Counted from the stretch's first letter, positions 47,293 to 61,287 are shown. The stretch is 64,000 bases of DNA from Chloroflexota bacterium (GCA_046328155.1 JAXLXC010000001.1:133222-197221); one strand, 5' to 3'. Notes: generated by a model not told the origin, from the letters alone. Made by a program: numbers and translations.

Positions 47293-48284
47293 TCAGGCGG
47301 TGCCGGCGTCCGGCATCGGGGCAGCCAGGGCCAGCCGGCTCGCCTCGAGCGCCAGCCGGTGCGTCCGCAGCGCGTCGTCCCACGTCGACCGGATGTCGCT
47401 GGCCCGACCCAGCACCGCATCGAGGAACGCCCGGTCCTGCCGACGATATGGCTCCAGACGGTCGTGCGCCGACGCCACCTCGGTGGTGCGCGGCCCCTCC
47501 CGGACCACCAGCCGATGGGGACTGACCTCCAGCGCGACCGACCGACCCACGCACAACGCCTCCAGCCCGGCACGCTGCCCCCGGTCCAGGCCGCGTGGTG
47601 GCCAGCAGGCCGATCCGCCCCGGACGCGCCGGCGAGCCGCCCCACCGAGCCATCGCGGTCGACCGCGTCGCCCCGCAGCGCCGGCGATGCGTCCGCGGCC
47701 CGCGCCGCGACCACGCGCGCCTCGCCCACGAGGAACCGCATCAGGTCCAGGATGTGCGTGGCCTGCTCCACAACCTGCCCGCCCGACGATGCCTGGCGGA
47801 CCCACCACGTCGCGCTCGGCGTGTCTCCCAGCCAGACGCCCAGCAGGAGCTGCGGTGGTCGCTCGGCGAGCAGGGCGCGGGCCTGCTCGGCGAGGTCCAG
47901 ATACCGCCACTGGTAGCCCACGGAGGCGATCACGCCGGTGGTGCGGATCCGCTCCCCGATGTGCGCGGGCTGCGCGTCATCGAGGCCGATGGGCTTCTCG
48001 ACCAGGAGGTGGAGGCCCAGGTCCAGGGCGTCGAGCTCGGGCGCGCCGCGGGCGTCGGGCGGCAGGCAGGTCAGGATCGCGTCCAGGCCACCCGCATCGA
48101 GCAGCGCCCGATGGTCGGCGAACGAAGCGACGCCCGGGCCCGCCATGCGTGCGAGCGCCTGGGCCCTGGACAGGTCTCGGCTGGCCACTCCCACGATGAC
48201 CACGTCCGGCTCGTCCCGGAGGGCGGCCAGATGCGTCCGGGCCGCCCAGCCCGACCCGACGATGCCGAGGCGTACCCTGTCCAC
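47293..48284 (-). pseudogene. Gfo/Idh/MocA family oxidoreductase with two closely spaced frame changes
   Basis: A GTG at 48284 gives VDRVRLGIVGSGWAARTHLAAL (Rossmann fold). Near 47590-47630 the sense reading switches: ...GRLAGASGA | IGLLATT | GLDRGQRAGLEALCVGRSVALEVSPHRLVV. The length of 992 nt is not divisible by 3. Confidence 0.65.
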
Positions 48285-48317
48285 GGGTCGAACGATACGT
48301 CGCAGGCGAGGTGTGGG

Positions 48318-49178
48318 ATGCGGGTGTGCGTCACGGGAGCCAACGGCAAGCTGGGGCGTGGCGTGGTCGAGGAGCTGCTCGCGCACGACCACGAGGTGGT
48401 CGCGACCGACGTCGCAGGCGCACCCGGTCACCTCTCCGAGCTCGCGGTGCCGCTCGCCCACGCCGACCTGACGGACCTCGGCCAGACGGTCGACATCCTC
48501 CAGGGCGTGGACGCCGTGGTCCACCTCGCCAACATCCCGGCGCCCGGCATGGAGACCCCCGCCAACACGTTCACGCGCAACGTGACCATGAACTTCCACG
48601 TGTTCCACGCGGCGACCCTGCTGGGCATGGCGCGCGTCGTGTGGGCGTCGTCCGAGACCACCCTGGGGCTGCCCTTCGACGTGCCGCCGCGCTACGTGCC
48701 CATCGACGAGGCGCACTACCCGCTCCCCACCAGCACGTATGCGCTGTCCAAGGTGGTGTCCGAGACGATGGCCCAGCAGATGGCGGCGTGGTCCGGCATC
48801 CCGTTCGTGGCGCTCCGCCTCTCGAACATCATGTCCGTCGCGGACTACGCCCGGTTCCCTTCGTGGCAGCGGGACGCCCACGCCCGCAAGTGGAACCTGT
48901 GGAGCTACATCGACCTGCGGGACGCGGCATCGGCATGCCGCCTCGCCCTGGATGCGCCGATCTCCGGCGCGCGCAGCTACATCATCGCCAACGCCGACAC
49001 GGTCATGGAGCGGCCCACCACGGAGCTGCTGCGGGAGGTGTTCCCCGACGTGCCGGTCCGCGACGACATCATTGGCACCGCCAGCCTGTTCTCGACGGCA
49101 GCCGCGCGCGCGGACCTCGGCTGGCGCCCCACCCATGGCTGGCGCGAGCCATCCCCGGGCCGGCTACGGAGCGCCTGA
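48318..49178 (+). CDS. NAD-dependent epimerase/dehydratase family protein
   Basis: The ATG at 48318 gives MRVCVTGANGKLGRGVVEELL (GxxGxxG). YALSK catalytic motif. 286 aa. Confidence 0.85.
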   Translation: MRVCVTGANGKLGRGVVEELLAHDHEVVATDVAGAPGHLSELAVPLAHADLTDLGQTVDILQGVDAVVHLANIPAPGMETPANTFTRNVTMNFHVFHAATLLGMARVVWASSETTLGLPFDVPPRYVPIDEAHYPLPTSTYALSKVVSETMAQQMAAWSGIPFVALRLSNIMSVADYARFPSWQRDAHARKWNLWSYIDLRDAASACRLALDAPISGARSYIIANADTVMERPTTELLREVFPDVPVRDDIIGTASLFSTAAARADLGWRPTHGWREPSPGRLRSA

Positions 49179-49179
49179 G

Positions 49180-49833
49180 GTGCTCTACCAGCCGGCGCAC
49201 GAGCGCTTCGTCGTCGATGACCCCGGCGCCGAGCTCGCGCAGCTCGCCGCGAGCGTGCCGGCGACGCTCGTGACGCTCTCCAGCAGCGGCTTGGTGGCGT
49301 CGATGCTGCCCATGGTGTACGACGCGGCGGCGCGAATCCTGCGCGGGCACCTCGCGCGCGCCAACCCCCAGTGGCGCGACATCTCGACGGGCGTCGAGGC
49401 ACTCGCCCTGTTCGACGGCCCGGAGACCTACGTGACGCCCAGCTGGTACGAGACCAAGCGCCGGACCGGCAAGGACGTGCCCACCTGGAACTACGTCACG
49501 GTCCAGGTCCGCGGCTCGCTCACCGTCCACGAGGACGAGCCGTGGCTGCTCGACCACCTGCGGGCGCTGGTGGACGGGCAGGAGGCCCATCGGCCCGAAC
49601 CGTGGTCCATCGACGACCCGCCCGAGGGATACATCGCCACCAACGCCCGGGCCATCGTGGGCCTCGAGCTCGCCATCGGCACCATCGAGGCCAAGCGCAA
49701 GCTCAGCCAGAACCGCCTCGCCGTCGACTTCGACGGCGTCGTGGAGGGTCTGGCCGCCGGCTCCGCACGCGAGCGCGCCGTCGCCGCCGAGATGCGCCTG
49801 GAGACGCCACGGGACCGCGAGCCGGGGCGCTAG
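49180..49833 (+). CDS. FMN-binding negative transcriptional regulator (PaiB family)
   Basis: GTG start at 49180, 1 nt after the epimerase stop. Motifs GHLARANPQW, YVTPSWYETK, VPTWNY and EAKRKLSQNR. Confidence 0.8.
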   Translation: MLYQPAHERFVVDDPGAELAQLAASVPATLVTLSSSGLVASMLPMVYDAAARILRGHLARANPQWRDISTGVEALALFDGPETYVTPSWYETKRRTGKDVPTWNYVTVQVRGSLTVHEDEPWLLDHLRALVDGQEAHRPEPWSIDDPPEGYIATNARAIVGLELAIGTIEAKRKLSQNRLAVDFDGVVEGLAAGSARERAVAAEMRLETPRDREPGR

Positions 49834-49837
49834 GGGG

Positions 49838-50629
49838 TCAGCCCTCGACCCGCCCGACCGGGTCGCCCAGCCGCACGTCCCCGGCCTGGACCACCTCGGC
49901 CCAGACCCCGCACGGGAGGTCCTCGTCGGGGCTCGAGATGTGGCCGCGCAGCCGCTGGAGGACCTGGAGCGTGTGGAAGTCGGGGACGCCCGTGTCGGGG
50001 TCTTGGGTCGTGACGGCGCAGCGGCCCACGTGGTCGACGGGCCGCACCACCGCGTCGCCCACGCGCACGTCGCGAGCCAGCCAGCCATCCTCGGCGAACG
50101 GCTCGGTGCCCTCGATGCCGACGTTCATGCGGAAGCGGCGCCCGTCGAGCGGCCGGTCGGCGCCACCCTCGGCGGCGAGCACGCCCAGCCCCGCCGCTGA
50201 CAGCAGGGACACCGAGGGGCCCCGGTCGATGCCTGCGCCGTCGCCCGTCATGGCCACCAACCGCAGCTCCCTGGCCGCCCAGTCGCTGAGGCCCTCGGAC
50301 CACGGGCCGCGCACGACCCGGACGGGTCGCGGTCGGCCGAAGAAGATGGCCTCCACGGGCTCGCCCAGCTCCACCACGTCTGCCGCGACGTGGCCATCGG
50401 GGAACCGGAGGGCGAGCTCGCCCGTGTCGGGCCGGTAGTCGGGGCGGATGGACGCCAGGGCGCCGATTCGCTTGCCGTTGACCAGCCGCAGGTCCGCGTC
50501 GATGACCGCGAAGGCGCGGTCACCCGCGATGCCCGTGGCTTCGAGGCGGGCGGCCTGGAGCTGGACCAGGGCCATCGCCTTGACCGGCGCGATGGCGACC
50601 CACGCGACCCGGCCCGAGCGTGCATCCAT
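49838..50629 (-). CDS. MOSC domain-containing protein
   Basis: 263-aa ORF with a MOSC_N-plus-MOSC-like sequence (VAWVAIAPVKAM...RCAVTTQDPDTG). It starts 7 nt downstream of tRNA-Glu on the same strand. Confidence 0.8.
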   Translation of the reverse strand: MDARSGRVAWVAIAPVKAMALVQLQAARLEATGIAGDRAFAVIDADLRLVNGKRIGALASIRPDYRPDTGELALRFPDGHVAADVVELGEPVEAIFFGRPRPVRVVRGPWSEGLSDWAARELRLVAMTGDGAGIDRGPSVSLLSAAGLGVLAAEGGADRPLDGRRFRMNVGIEGTEPFAEDGWLARDVRVGDAVVRPVDHVGRCAVTTQDPDTGVPDFHTLQVLQRLRGHISSPDEDLPCGVWAEVVQAGDVRLGDPVGRVEG

Positions 50630-50636
50630 GGGAACT

Positions 50637-50713
50637 TGGTACCCCCAAGGGGATTCGAACCCCTGATCTCCACCTTGAAAGGGTGGCGTCCTAGGCCTCT
50701 AGACGATGGGGGC
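50637..50713 (-). tRNA. tRNA-Glu (anticodon UUC), CCA encoded
   Basis: The reverse complement is GCCCCCATCGTCTAGAGGCCTAGGACGCCACCCTTTCAAGGTGGAGATCAGGGGTTCGAATCCCCTTGGGGGTACCA. Anticodon stem CCACC/GGTGG with loop CTTTCAA. T arm AGGGG-TTCGAAT-CCCCT. Confidence 0.9.
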
Positions 50714-50741
50714 CCGCGGCGCGCCGAGTGTACCGCCGACC

Positions 50742-51041
50742 CTACACCGACATCTGGATGTAGCCCAGGATCACCGCGAGCAGCAGGGCGGCCGACGCCC
50801 CCAGGGCGAACAGCCCGCCCAGGACGGCGCCCGAGATGGCCCGGATGCCGCGTCCCTCGTTGCCGGCTCCGAAGGCGCCTCGGGCGAGACCCACCGAGAT
50901 GACGGCGGCCGTGACGCCCAGCACCAGCAGCCCCGCGACCGTGAAGGGGATGGCCTGGCCGCTCCGGTCGAACAGCAGGCCATACACCACCACCGCCCCC
51001 GACCCGAGGAACGCGACCAGGAGGATGACCCGGACGATCAC
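50742..51041 (-). CDS. small integral membrane protein
   Basis: GTG at 51041, overlapping the upstream stop as GTGA. 99 aa with three hydrophobic helices (VIVRVILLVAFLGSGAVVVYGLL...). Confidence 0.5.
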   Translation of the reverse strand: MIVRVILLVAFLGSGAVVVYGLLFDRSGQAIPFTVAGLLVLGVTAAVISVGLARGAFGAGNEGRGIRAISGAVLGGLFALGASAALLLAVILGYIQMSV

Positions 51042-51655
51042 GCGGCGATGCCCGCCAGCAGCGCGGCGTCCGCGTGATACACGGCGACCTTGTACGCCAG
51101 ACGCGGTCGGCGCATTCCCTGTGCCAGGCGATGACCCGGTTCGCCGAACGCTCGCTCCAGCTCGGCGGTGGCCTCCTCGATCGTGTCCCAGCGCCACCAG
51201 CAGTGCAGCACCCGGACGCGGAACCCGGCAGCCAGGAACGGCCCCTTGGGATGGCTGAAGGACACCAGCTGGCGGGCACGTGCCGCGTCGCCCAGGAGCG
51301 ACGTCACCTCGTCCCGACCGTAGTCCTTGACCACCAGCAGCCGCCCGGCGGCCCGGAGCACGCGCCCGGCCTGGGTCAGGTCCTCATGCCATCGCTCGTC
51401 AGCCGGGCTGAAGCCATGGCGCCACGCGACCAGGACGTCGGCCGATGCATCCGGCAGCTCGCCCAAGCCATCCTCCGATGCGGTGCGCACCCAGGCCCCC
51501 GACGTCAGCATACGGCGTGGACCGGGCCCGTCCGAGGCATCCAGCACGGCCACGTCACGACCCGCCACCGGTCCGAGGGCCTCCAGCGCGGCGGACAGCC
51601 GTGCCTCAGGGTCGACGGCGCGCACGAGCGGCTCGAGCAGCTGCGTATCCCCCAC
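51038..51655 (-). CDS. class I SAM-dependent methyltransferase-like protein
   Basis: 205 aa. Motif-I-like VAVLDASDGPG and post-I/II-like ADVLVAWRHGF...GRLLVV. The assignment is weak. Confidence 0.55.
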   Translation of the reverse strand: MGDTQLLEPLVRAVDPEARLSAALEALGPVAGRDVAVLDASDGPGPRRMLTSGAWVRTASEDGLGELPDASADVLVAWRHGFSPADERWHEDLTQAGRVLRAAGRLLVVKDYGRDEVTSLLGDAARARQLVSFSHPKGPFLAAGFRVRVLHCWWRWDTIEEATAELERAFGEPGHRLAQGMRRPRLAYKVAVYHADAALLAGIAA

Positions 51656-51676
51656 GGCGCCGCGAGTATAGGCGCG

Positions 51677-53220
51677 TCACTCGATGCGGACGATCGTCCC
51701 CGTCCGCGGTGGGACGAGGACCTCCAGCCCGGTCGCCGTCAACGAGCAGCCGGCGCCGATCGCCTCTCCACCGCCAAGCTCGACGAGCGCCACGCCTGTG
51801 ATGGGGCCCCAGCCGTCGGGGAGCGTGACATCGAGACGTCGGGACTCGCCATCCGCGTTGGTGGCCACCACGAAGCGCTCGCTGGCGGCTCGCCGCGCCG
51901 TGGAGCATGCGTCGCGCCCACGACCACCAGCTCGCCGTCGCGGAGGGCCTGATGTCGCTTGCGCAGGCCGATGAGCGCCCGGACGTAGCCACGCAGCGCG
52001 TGGTCCCAGCGCGAGCGGTCCCACGGGAAGGCACGACGGTTGTCCGGGTCGTGGCCGCCCTCCAGGCCGATCTCGTCGCCGTAGTACACGCAGGGCGCCC
52101 CGGGCAGCGTCATCTGGAGCAGGGTGGCCAACCGCAGCGACGCGACGTCCCCGTGGGACATCGAGAGGAAGCGCGCCGTGTCGTGGCTGTCGAGCAGGTT
52201 GAGCTGGACGGCGGTCACATCGGGGTCGTCCAGCGCGAGCAGGCGCTCCAGCTCGGCCGCGAACGACGGACCGTCGCGACGCACCAGGTTGCGCCGGTAC
52301 TCGTCGTGGCCGTGGGCCATGGCCAGGTCGAGATGCTCGCCGGGCGCGTAGCCCAGGATGGCCTGGGCCAGCGGATAGTTCATGAACGCGTCGAAGTGAC
52401 GCCCCGTGAGCCACTCGGGCTTGGCGTGCCAGACCTCGGCGACCAGGTACGCCTCGGGGTTCACCGCCCGACATCGGACCCGGAACTCCTCCCAGAAGTC
52501 CCCGCCGATCTCCTCCGCCACATCGAGGCGCCAGCCGTCGATGCCGAAGCGGAGCCAGTGCTCGGCGACGTCCAGCAGGTGGGCCCGCGTCTCGGGGTGG
52601 GTCACGTTGAGCTTGGGCAGCGCGGGCAGCCCCCACCAACCCTCGTAGCCGAGCACGCGTCGGGAGGCCTCGCCGGGGCCGATGCCCTGGGTCTCGAGTT
52701 GGCGCATCTCGGCGACCTGGTGCGCATCGGGATAGGCGAGGAGCGGCAGGCCTGCCGCGGACCGCTCGGGGTCCAGATGGAACCAGTCCCGATACGGCGA
52801 GCCCACGCCCGCCTCGACGATGTGGTGGAAGGGCAGGAACCCGCGGCCGCAGTGGTTGAACACCCCGTCGAGGACCAGCCGCATGTCACGGGCGTGCGCC
52901 GAGTCGAGCAGCTCCCGGAGCGCGGCATCGCCGCCCAGGAGCGGGTCCACGTGGAGGTAGTCGTCCGTGTGGTACCGGTGGTTGGACGCCGAGGTGAAGA
53001 TGGGCGTCAGGTAGAGCGCCGTGATGCCCAGGTCGGCAAGCTCGTCGAGGTGCTCCGCGATGCCCAGCAGGTCCCCGCCCTTGTAGCCGTGGAACGTGGG
53101 CGGCGCGTCCCACGGCTCCATGGCGCCGGGCTTGGGCACACGTGGGCTGGACGCGAACCGGTCGGGGAAGATCTGGTAGAAGACGGCGTCCCGCGCCCAG
53201 CGCGGCGTGTCCACGCTCAC
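51677..53220 (-). pseudogene. cytoplasmic GH13 alpha-glycosidase (neopullulanase/cyclomaltodextrinase-like) with one frame change near the C-terminal domain
   Basis: GH13 motifs DAVFYQIFPDRF, LDGVFNHCG, GWRLDVAEE, LVAEVWH and LLDSHD. After ...GELVVVGA (about 51905) the sensible C-terminus, DACSTARRAASERFVVATNADGESRRLDVTLP...IVRIE*, is in another frame. Length is 1544 nt. Confidence 0.75.
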
Positions 53221-53251
53221 GCGCGGTCCCTCCTTGGGTAGCTCTGCGATG

Positions 53252-56718
<3,467 letters not shown>

Positions 56719-56722
<4 letters not shown>

Positions 56723-57639
56723 CCCTTGACGCCGCCGAGCGTCAGGCCGGAGACGAGGTACTTGGAGACGTACACGAACAGGATGACGATGGGCACGGAC
56801 ACGATGATGGCCGATGCCGAGAGGTCGGCCCACTGGGTCTGGAACTGCTGCTGGAAGCGCTGGATGCCCAGCGGCCAAGTGAGCAGCTCCTCCTTGCCGC
56901 CGATGAGCACGCGCGCCGTGAAGTACTCGCCCCACGCGGCCAGGAAGTTGAACAGGAACACGATGGCGAGGGCGGGCACGGAGAGCGGCAGGAGCACCTT
57001 GCGGAACGCCTGGAACTCCGAGCAGCCGTCGATGAGCGCCGCCTCCTCCAGGTCCACGGGCACCGTGTCGTAGTAGCCCTTGAGGATCCAGATGCTGAAC
57101 GGGATGGCGGTCACCGAGTAGGCGATGACCAGGCCCTGGTAGGTCCCCGTCAGCTTGAGCTGCGCCGCGAGCAAGAAGATCGGGACGAGCAGCATGATGC
57201 CCGGGATGAGCTGGGTGGCGAACAGGAACGTCAGCCCCAGGCTGCGCCCCCGGAACTTGTAGCGGGAGAACGCGTAGGCGGACGTGGCGGCGAGGATCAG
57301 CCCGACAGCCGCCGTGCCCAGGGTGATGACCAGGCTGTTGAACAGCCAGTTGGGCAGGTTGGTCTCGAACAAGACGTGGTGGAAGGCGTCCAGCGTGGCG
57401 CCCTTGGGGATGATCTCCAGCGTCGGGTTGAGCAGGTTGTTGCCGGGGCGCAGCGCGGTGCCGAACACCCGGATGACCGGGAAGACCGCGATGAGCGCGG
57501 CGATGATGAGGCCGACGTGGATGGCCAGACGCTTGAGGGGCGGGTCCTCGCCTCGCCGAGGCGAGGACGTGAGCCAGCGGCCACGGCTCTCCTTGCGCGC
57601 GTCGCGCACCTCCAGCATCTCTCGGACCTGGATGCTCAT
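56719..57639 (-). CDS. sugar ABC transporter permease (MalG-like)
   Basis: 306 aa and polytopic, with the EAA-loop region EEAALIDGCSEFQAFRKVLLP. ATGA overlap with the upstream permease. Confidence 0.9.
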
Positions 57640-58676
57640 TCGTAGGCCCCCTTGAGCGCATTCGTCTTGCGGACGTAGAACACCGTGAACACCAGCAGGA
57701 TCGCGAAGATCACGAAGGCGAACGCCGCCGCGAAGCCGAACCGACTGAACTGGAACGCAGCGCGATACAGGGCGGTGACCAGGATGTCGCTCGTCTCGAG
57801 CTCGTTCTGGTTGATGAAGAAGGGCACCAGGATGTTGTTGAAGGTCAGGAAGGTGCCCAGGAGGACCGCGGGGACCAGGACGGGCTTGAGCAATGGGATG
57901 GTGATGGCCCGGAACGACTGGACCGTGCTGGCGCCGTCGATCTCGGCGGCTTCGTAGTAGTCATGGGAGATGCTCTGGAGGCCTCCCAGCGTGATGACCA
58001 TCATGAACGGCACGCCCAGCCAGACGTTGGTGATGATCATGGCGATGAAGTTCCAGATCGGGTCCGACAGCCACTGCACCGGCGCGATGCCCACCACGCC
58101 CAGCAGCTGGTTCACGGCGCCGTACTGGTAGTTGTACTCGGTGCGCCAGATCTGGAGCGACGCGAACGCGGGGATGGCCCAGGGGAGGATGAGGAACGCC
58201 CGATAGAGCGTCCGCCCGCGCAACCGCCGATTGAGCATCAACGCGAGGAGCACGCCCAAGATCACGTGGAAGAACACGTTGACCGCGGTCCAGATGAGCG
58301 TCTGGGCGAACAGCTGATAGAAGCCCGTCTGCTTGAGGACCGGCTTGGTGAACACGTCGATGTAGTTCTGGATGCCCACGAAGATGGGCGGGTCCGACGT
58401 CAGCCCCAGGAAGCCCGGGTCGACGAAGTTGCGGATGCCCATCTTCGTGAACGAGACGTTGAGCTCCCACAGCAGCGGGTACACGTAGAGCACGAGCAGC
58501 CCGATGACCGCGGGGGTCAGCAGCATGATGGGAAGGGCGAGCGGCGCCTTGCGCCACTTGACGAGGACGAGCCAGAGGAACACCTCCAGGATCGCCACGC
58601 CGATGACCAGCAGCAGGACCGTCCGGGCGACGTCCGAGAGTGCCGCCCAGGCCTGCGTCGGGTCGAACACCACCAC
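57636..58676 (-). CDS. sugar ABC transporter permease (MalF-like)
   Basis: 346 aa with a GTG start and GGGAGGGG RBS. EAA-loop YEAAEIDGASTVQSFRAITIP. Confidence 0.9.
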   Translation of the reverse strand: MVVFDPTQAWAALSDVARTVLLLVIGVAILEVFLWLVLVKWRKAPLALPIMLLTPAVIGLLVLYVYPLLWELNVSFTKMGIRNFVDPGFLGLTSDPPIFVGIQNYIDVFTKPVLKQTGFYQLFAQTLIWTAVNVFFHVILGVLLALMLNRRLRGRTLYRAFLILPWAIPAFASLQIWRTEYNYQYGAVNQLLGVVGIAPVQWLSDPIWNFIAMIITNVWLGVPFMMVITLGGLQSISHDYYEAAEIDGASTVQSFRAITIPLLKPVLVPAVLLGTFLTFNNILVPFFINQNELETSDILVTALYRAAFQFSRFGFAAAFAFVIFAILLVFTVFYVRKTNALKGAYE

Positions 58677-58747
58677 CCCTCCCTTCGATTGCGCCCGGCC
58701 GGGTCTCGACCCGGCCGGGCAACCCGGTCAGCGACCGGGGAGCAGGA

Positions 58748-60064
58748 TCAGGCCGGGCCGCACTCGCCGCCCGGGGCGACGCCAACCTCGGCGCTCGACT
58801 GCATGGTCGCCGCGATCGACGCCGGGTCGGAGTCGGCGGTCGCGAACAGGTCGCGGACGCCGGCCGTCATGGAGTCGAACACGCAGCGCATCTCCAGGTT
58901 CGTCGGCTGCGGGATGGCATGCTGGATCGCAGCCGCCGAGCCGGCGAGGAAGGTGTCACCGGCGACCACGGGGTCGGCGATGGCCTCGTTGTTGGCGGGC
59001 AGGCGACGCAGCTGCTCGACCATCGCGACCTGGTTGTCCTTGTCGGTGGACCAGGACACGAAGTCGGTGACCGCGGCCAGCTTGGCGGCGTCATCGGCGA
59101 CGCCCTTGGCGATCATGTAGAACGCGCCGGCCGCGTACGGGGCAGGCCAGTCGGCGCCGGTGATCTGGGGGATGGGGCAGACGTTCAGCTGGTCGCCGAA
59201 GAGCTCGGCATATGCACCCAGCGTCCAGTCGCCGTTGATGATCATGGCCGCGACACCGGTCGGGGCAGGCGTGGCCGACGGGGCCAGGCTGGCGTCCGGG
59301 GCGGGCGCGGTGGCGCCCGGGGCGCCGTTCTTGAACATGCCGTCCGCGACGTTGTAGTCGGCCTCGGCGGGCATGACCTGGTCGGTGTACTTGAGGCCCT
59401 TCATGTAGCTGAGGGCGTTGGTCATGGCCTCGGTGTTGAGGGTCGGGGTGACGCCGTCCTCGGCGAACACGCGACCGCCGTAGCCGCCCAGGAAGGGCAC
59501 CAGCCAGAACGACTCGGTCTGGTTGAACACCAGGCCGTAGTTGCCGTCGCCGGTGTTGGCCTTGGCGGCGGCCAGCAGCGCATCGCTGTCGGCCGGACAC
59601 TCGGGCACGAGGGTCTTGTTGGTGTACAGCATCAGGTGGTTGCCGTACGAGATGGGCACGCCGTAGGTGGCGCCGCCGGCCTGGACGGCCGCGACTGCGT
59701 TGGGCAGGTACCCCGAGGTATCGACCACGCCATCGAGCGCCATGATGGTGTTGGATGCGGTGAACGGGCCGACATGGTCGGCGACGGTCCACAGCAGCTC
59801 GGGCGCCTGGCCCGCCAAGCTCGACGTGAGGAAGTCCTCGCGCAGCGCCTCGACGTCCTTGTTGACGACCGTGATGGTGACGTTGGGATGCGCCGCGGTG
59901 TAGCCGGCGGCCAGGCTCTGGACGTACTGGAGCGAGCCGTCCGCCTCGCCCTCCTTGGTCCACAAGGTGAACGCCACTGGGGCGTCCTGCGCGAACGCCG
60001 GGACCGTGGTGCCGATGACGGCGGCCGCAGCCAACAGGCTCGCGAGCTTCGAAGTCCGATGCAT
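58748..60064 (-). CDS. ABC transporter maltodextrin/sugar-binding protein
   Basis: Start at the ATG at 60064 (MHRTSKLASLLAAAAVIGTTVPAFAQDAP, a signal peptide). The body is SBP_bac_1-like. The track ORF start at 60223 is an upstream extension. Confidence 0.9.
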   Translation of the reverse strand: MHRTSKLASLLAAAAVIGTTVPAFAQDAPVAFTLWTKEGEADGSLQYVQSLAAGYTAAHPNVTITVVNKDVEALREDFLTSSLAGQAPELLWTVADHVGPFTASNTIMALDGVVDTSGYLPNAVAAVQAGGATYGVPISYGNHLMLYTNKTLVPECPADSDALLAAAKANTGDGNYGLVFNQTESFWLVPFLGGYGGRVFAEDGVTPTLNTEAMTNALSYMKGLKYTDQVMPAEADYNVADGMFKNGAPGATAPAPDASLAPSATPAPTGVAAMIINGDWTLGAYAELFGDQLNVCPIPQITGADWPAPYAAGAFYMIAKGVADDAAKLAAVTDFVSWSTDKDNQVAMVEQLRRLPANNEAIADPVVAGDTFLAGSAAAIQHAIPQPTNLEMRCVFDSMTAGVRDLFATADSDPASIAATMQSSAEVGVAPGGECGPA

Positions 60065-60131
60065 GGTTCGGTTCAACCTCCTCGATCGATGTGGGTGCCC
60101 GTCCAGGGTCGGACGAGCCGCCGGTGGTCGA

Positions 60132-61208
60132 CTAGCGGGCGACGACCACCTCCTGACTCCGGTCGCCCGATGGCGTCGCCGTCGATCGGCGGACCACCAG
60201 TCGCGTCTCCAGGACCAGGACACGCGCCTGGTCGTCAGCGGGAGGTCGCCGGAGCGCCTCCAGCAGCATGGTCGCCGCCGCCGCGCCCTTCGAGCGCACC
60301 GGCTGGTGCACCGTGGTCAGCGGCGGGTCCGTGAATCGCGTGAGGGGCAGGTCGTCGAAGCCCACGATGGACAGCTCCTCCGGCACCCGCACGCCCAGAC
60401 GCCGCGCCGCGAGCAGCACGCCGGCGGCGGCCGCGTCGCTCATGCACAGCACCGCGGTGGGCCGCTCGCCCCTCGACCACGCCCGCAGGAACGCGGCCTC
60501 GCCGCCCTCGATGGTGGCCGGGGTCCTGATGAGCTGCTGCGCCGATGCCCCGACGCCAGCCGCGCCGAACGCGGCGCGATAGCCCGCCAGCCGCCTGCCC
60601 GCGACACCCTCGTCCTCGGCCTCGCCCACCGCGGGCTCCACGCCCACCACGAGGATGTGGCGGTGGCCCAGCTGGAGCACGTGCTGCGCAGCCAGACGGG
60701 CCCCGCCCTCGTCATCCACGAGGATCGCACGCTGCCCCGCCCAGGCAGGGGAATCGACCACCACCGCAGGGACCCCCGCGCCACGGATCGAGCCCACCTC
60801 GGGGTGACGCTCGTCCAGCCCGAGCGCGACCACGCCATCGACGGTCGCCCGGTCCAGCGCGCGCGCCAGCGAGCCGTGGAGGGGCGAGATGAACAACAGC
60901 CCGAACCCATGCTCCTCGGCGACCGATGCGACACCCTCGGCGAACAGCGCGAAGAACGGGTTGGCGAAGACCTGGCCCAGCGCCTGGGGCGACAGGATCC
61001 CGATGGTCGTGGTCTGGCCGGCGGACAGCATGCGTGCGACCGGGTGCGGCCGATAGCCCATCCGGTCCGCCACGTCGCGGATGCGGGATGCGGTCTCCGT
61101 CGACAGCCGATCGGGGCTGTTGAACGCGAAGGACACCGCGGACTTGCTGACGCCCGCCTCCCGCGCCACGTCGGCGATGCCAACCCGCTGGTCGGATCCC
61201 TTGCCCAA
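60132..61208 (-). CDS. LacI family transcriptional regulator
   Basis: 358 aa with the HTH IADVAREAGVSKSAVSFAFN and a PBP-like core. Confidence 0.9.
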   Translation of the reverse strand: MGKGSDQRVGIADVAREAGVSKSAVSFAFNSPDRLSTETASRIRDVADRMGYRPHPVARMLSAGQTTTIGILSPQALGQVFANPFFALFAEGVASVAEEHGFGLLFISPLHGSLARALDRATVDGVVALGLDERHPEVGSIRGAGVPAVVVDSPAWAGQRAILVDDEGGARLAAQHVLQLGHRHILVVGVEPAVGEAEDEGVAGRRLAGYRAAFGAAGVGASAQQLIRTPATIEGGEAAFLRAWSRGERPTAVLCMSDAAAAGVLLAARRLGVRVPEELSIVGFDDLPLTRFTDPPLTTVHQPVRSKGAAAATMLLEALRRPPADDQARVLVLETRLVVRRSTATPSGDRSQEVVVAR

Positions 61209-61287
61209 TCGGGCGCCTCCTCGTCGGCCATGCCCCTGTCGCCCGGTCCTCCCGTGCGATGTGGTCGCGCCCGGGTTGCGAACAGGG

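Noticed and set aside
50630-50720. tRNA-Glu as a second integration site
   Set aside because: I did not notice any duplicate of its 3' half elsewhere in the window, and the flanking genes (MOSC, small membrane protein, methyltransferase-like) look core-like in composition. The 7-nt spacing to the MOSC start is noted but is unremarkable on its own.
56723-57661. N-terminal extension of the 1469-aa ORF
   Set aside because: It overlaps the MalG-like permease in another frame. A TTG start with a proper signal peptide at 56722 explains the gene.
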